Shown here: positions 62,501-64,000 of the stretch, in pieces | Numbering within the stretch: the stretch's first letter is position 1 | Layout of the letters: each line of letters begins with the position of its first letter | Assembly (NCBI GenBank): GCA_964057225.1 | Contig: OZ059898.1 | Location: 6,138,001 to 6,202,000 of the forward strand | DNA length: 64,000 bases | Source: Auanema rhodensis | Taxonomy: Eukaryota; Animalia; Nematoda | Reading direction: 5' to 3' | Notes under the pieces: model-generated | What the model saw: the letters and a program-made list of their open reading frames with translations, nothing else | Database searches by the model: none | What the model was told of the DNA's origin: nothing | Program-made: the position numbers and the translations under genes

Positions 62501-64000
62501 AATTACCCACCTGAACCAATATATGTACTGAACTTATAATTTCGCGATCAAGTGGAGGCCCTGCCAACATAATGTGTCCTGTTCTCGAATTAATAGCGAA
62601 TAAGTCGTTATGATTCAAAATAGTGTATGTTAACGGAGCATCGTTAGGTGCATTATCCACATAAATATAAGCAACACTCTGCATTGTAGCAAACACTCTA
62701 TTCTCGGGTAGACTCAGAGACAAATTGTTGGAAAAGCAACGGAACGAATCATCAGTTGGTACAGCTTCAATTTGAACATTCAGTGTACAGGAATCAGAAA
62801 ACATGCCATCTGTCACTACCAGTTCAGTCTAAAATGTAATTTTTAGAGTGAAATACTTTAAAATCATTGATAATGACCGTGAAACTCTTTTCATATATTG
62901 TGTGAACCGCGGGCCCTGTTTTTATTATGCCTGTATACTTTTCAACATCAAAGAATTTCGTAAGCGCTTGATCCTAAAGTTCATAATTTGCTTTAAAAAT
63001 TATAAAAGATTTTGCAACCTTGAGGAAATATCGGAGTTTTCCAGTGGTATCTTTGTCTGTTGCAGTGATTTGATTTAAAATAACATTGCTAGTTGTGGGA
63101 AGTTTCAACACCAGATCATAGGATTTAGCTGAGAACTCAGGTTTCTCATCATTAGCATCCAACACTTTTATATTAATTTCAGCTGGTAAAGCGGATGTAC
63201 GCATTGGATGACCCATATCACTAAAATACAACATTCGATTCAATTAAGTATTTAATGGCATACCTGGCTTGGACGAAAAATGTTATTTCCTTGGTAACTT
63301 CAAAGTCAATCGAAGATCGAGATTTAACAGCTCCCGTTGCAAAATCGACAGTGAAAAACTCTTCTTGGTTCAATGTACGGTAGGTGACAAGTCCACTTGG
63401 CCCATAATCTTTATCACTAGCTGTAATTACCAAAGGTGATCCATCCTTTGATACAACTGCTGTTCCAGCAGGGCTATTTTCAATTATAAACCCTTCGTAA
63501 ACTAACTGACGGAAGATCGGTGCATATTTGTTGGTATTTACCAAGCGAGCAGATATCTGAAAACGGTTTCTCTAAGAAATAAAAAACGTATCATTCAAAA
63601 ACCTTAGATGTCGCAGTTCCTGAGGAATGTTCGTATAATATGAAGCATTCTAAAACTTTAGCTCTTTCCTGTGAAAACCACTTTCTGCTGGATATAACAC
63701 CAGTTATCTATAAATAAAAAAAGTTCGAAGAAGCGTCTATATTGCTTACGGGATGTATAGTGAAGTGAGGACAAGGCTTTTGTAAACGATATTTTCCACA
63801 ACACCGAGATGTTGAAACACTAACAAGAGGACTTCCAATGAAAATATCGTCTTTGATGGAAAGTTGGTAAACAGATCTGAAACATAGAAAATAACAGTAC
63901 GTTCCTCATGGTTGATAATACTTCATAAATTTAACAGAATTCTTGGTATTTCCATCAACTTCAACTCTCAATAGAGCGGAGTCAGTTAAACCCAACCGAT
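53526..64000 (-). CDS. cdh-4: Fat-like protocadherin, 3' portion (cadherin repeats, EGF, laminin-G, EGF, TM, cytoplasmic tail); 5' part lies beyond the window
   Basis: Many cadherin motifs (DENDNYPIF, DQNDNPPVF, LDYE, ATDEDS, LDRE). LamG+EGF exon 55249-56026 (SMDGSGY..VADGKWHRIRISRNGRHTRLVVDG). TM LIGVSIVFFLIICCVLGIICLC near 54750-54820. The tail carries a Fat-type HWD motif. Stop TAG 53526-53528. Confidence 0.9.

Overview
This is AT-rich nematode genomic DNA, probably a rhabditid: introns are mostly 40-55 nt GT-AG with TTTCAG/TTTTAG acceptors, and the proteins closely resemble C. elegans proteins. It is not prokaryotic; no tRNA, rRNA, CRISPR array or intact mobile element was seen. I reconstructed the intron-containing genes by hand, in order: RBM33-like RNA-binding protein (+); a large, alternatively spliced secreted chitin-binding/CC/EB cysteine-rich protein (+, K04H4.2-like); flp-25 neuropeptide precursor (-); an orphan secreted glycoprotein (+); ANKRD13 (-); hmg-1.2 (+); DEF8 (+); annexin nex-2 (+); a nematode-type nuclear hormone receptor (-); a domesticated pogo/Tigger-type CENP-B-like double-HTH protein (-); an unknown basic nuclear-looking protein (-) that may be spliced to it; and the 3' part of Fat-like cadherin cdh-4 (-). 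The strongest leads are (1) a phase-1 cassette and alternative-terminal-exon architecture with clustered CTAAC and TGCATG motifs in the cysteine-rich gene, and (2) a possible splice-acceptor switch that fuses the orphan protein to the transposase-derived DNA-binding module. Most short ORFs in the supplied track are exon fragments or artefacts of GA/TC low-complexity tracts. Ortholog names come from recalled sequences, not from a database search.
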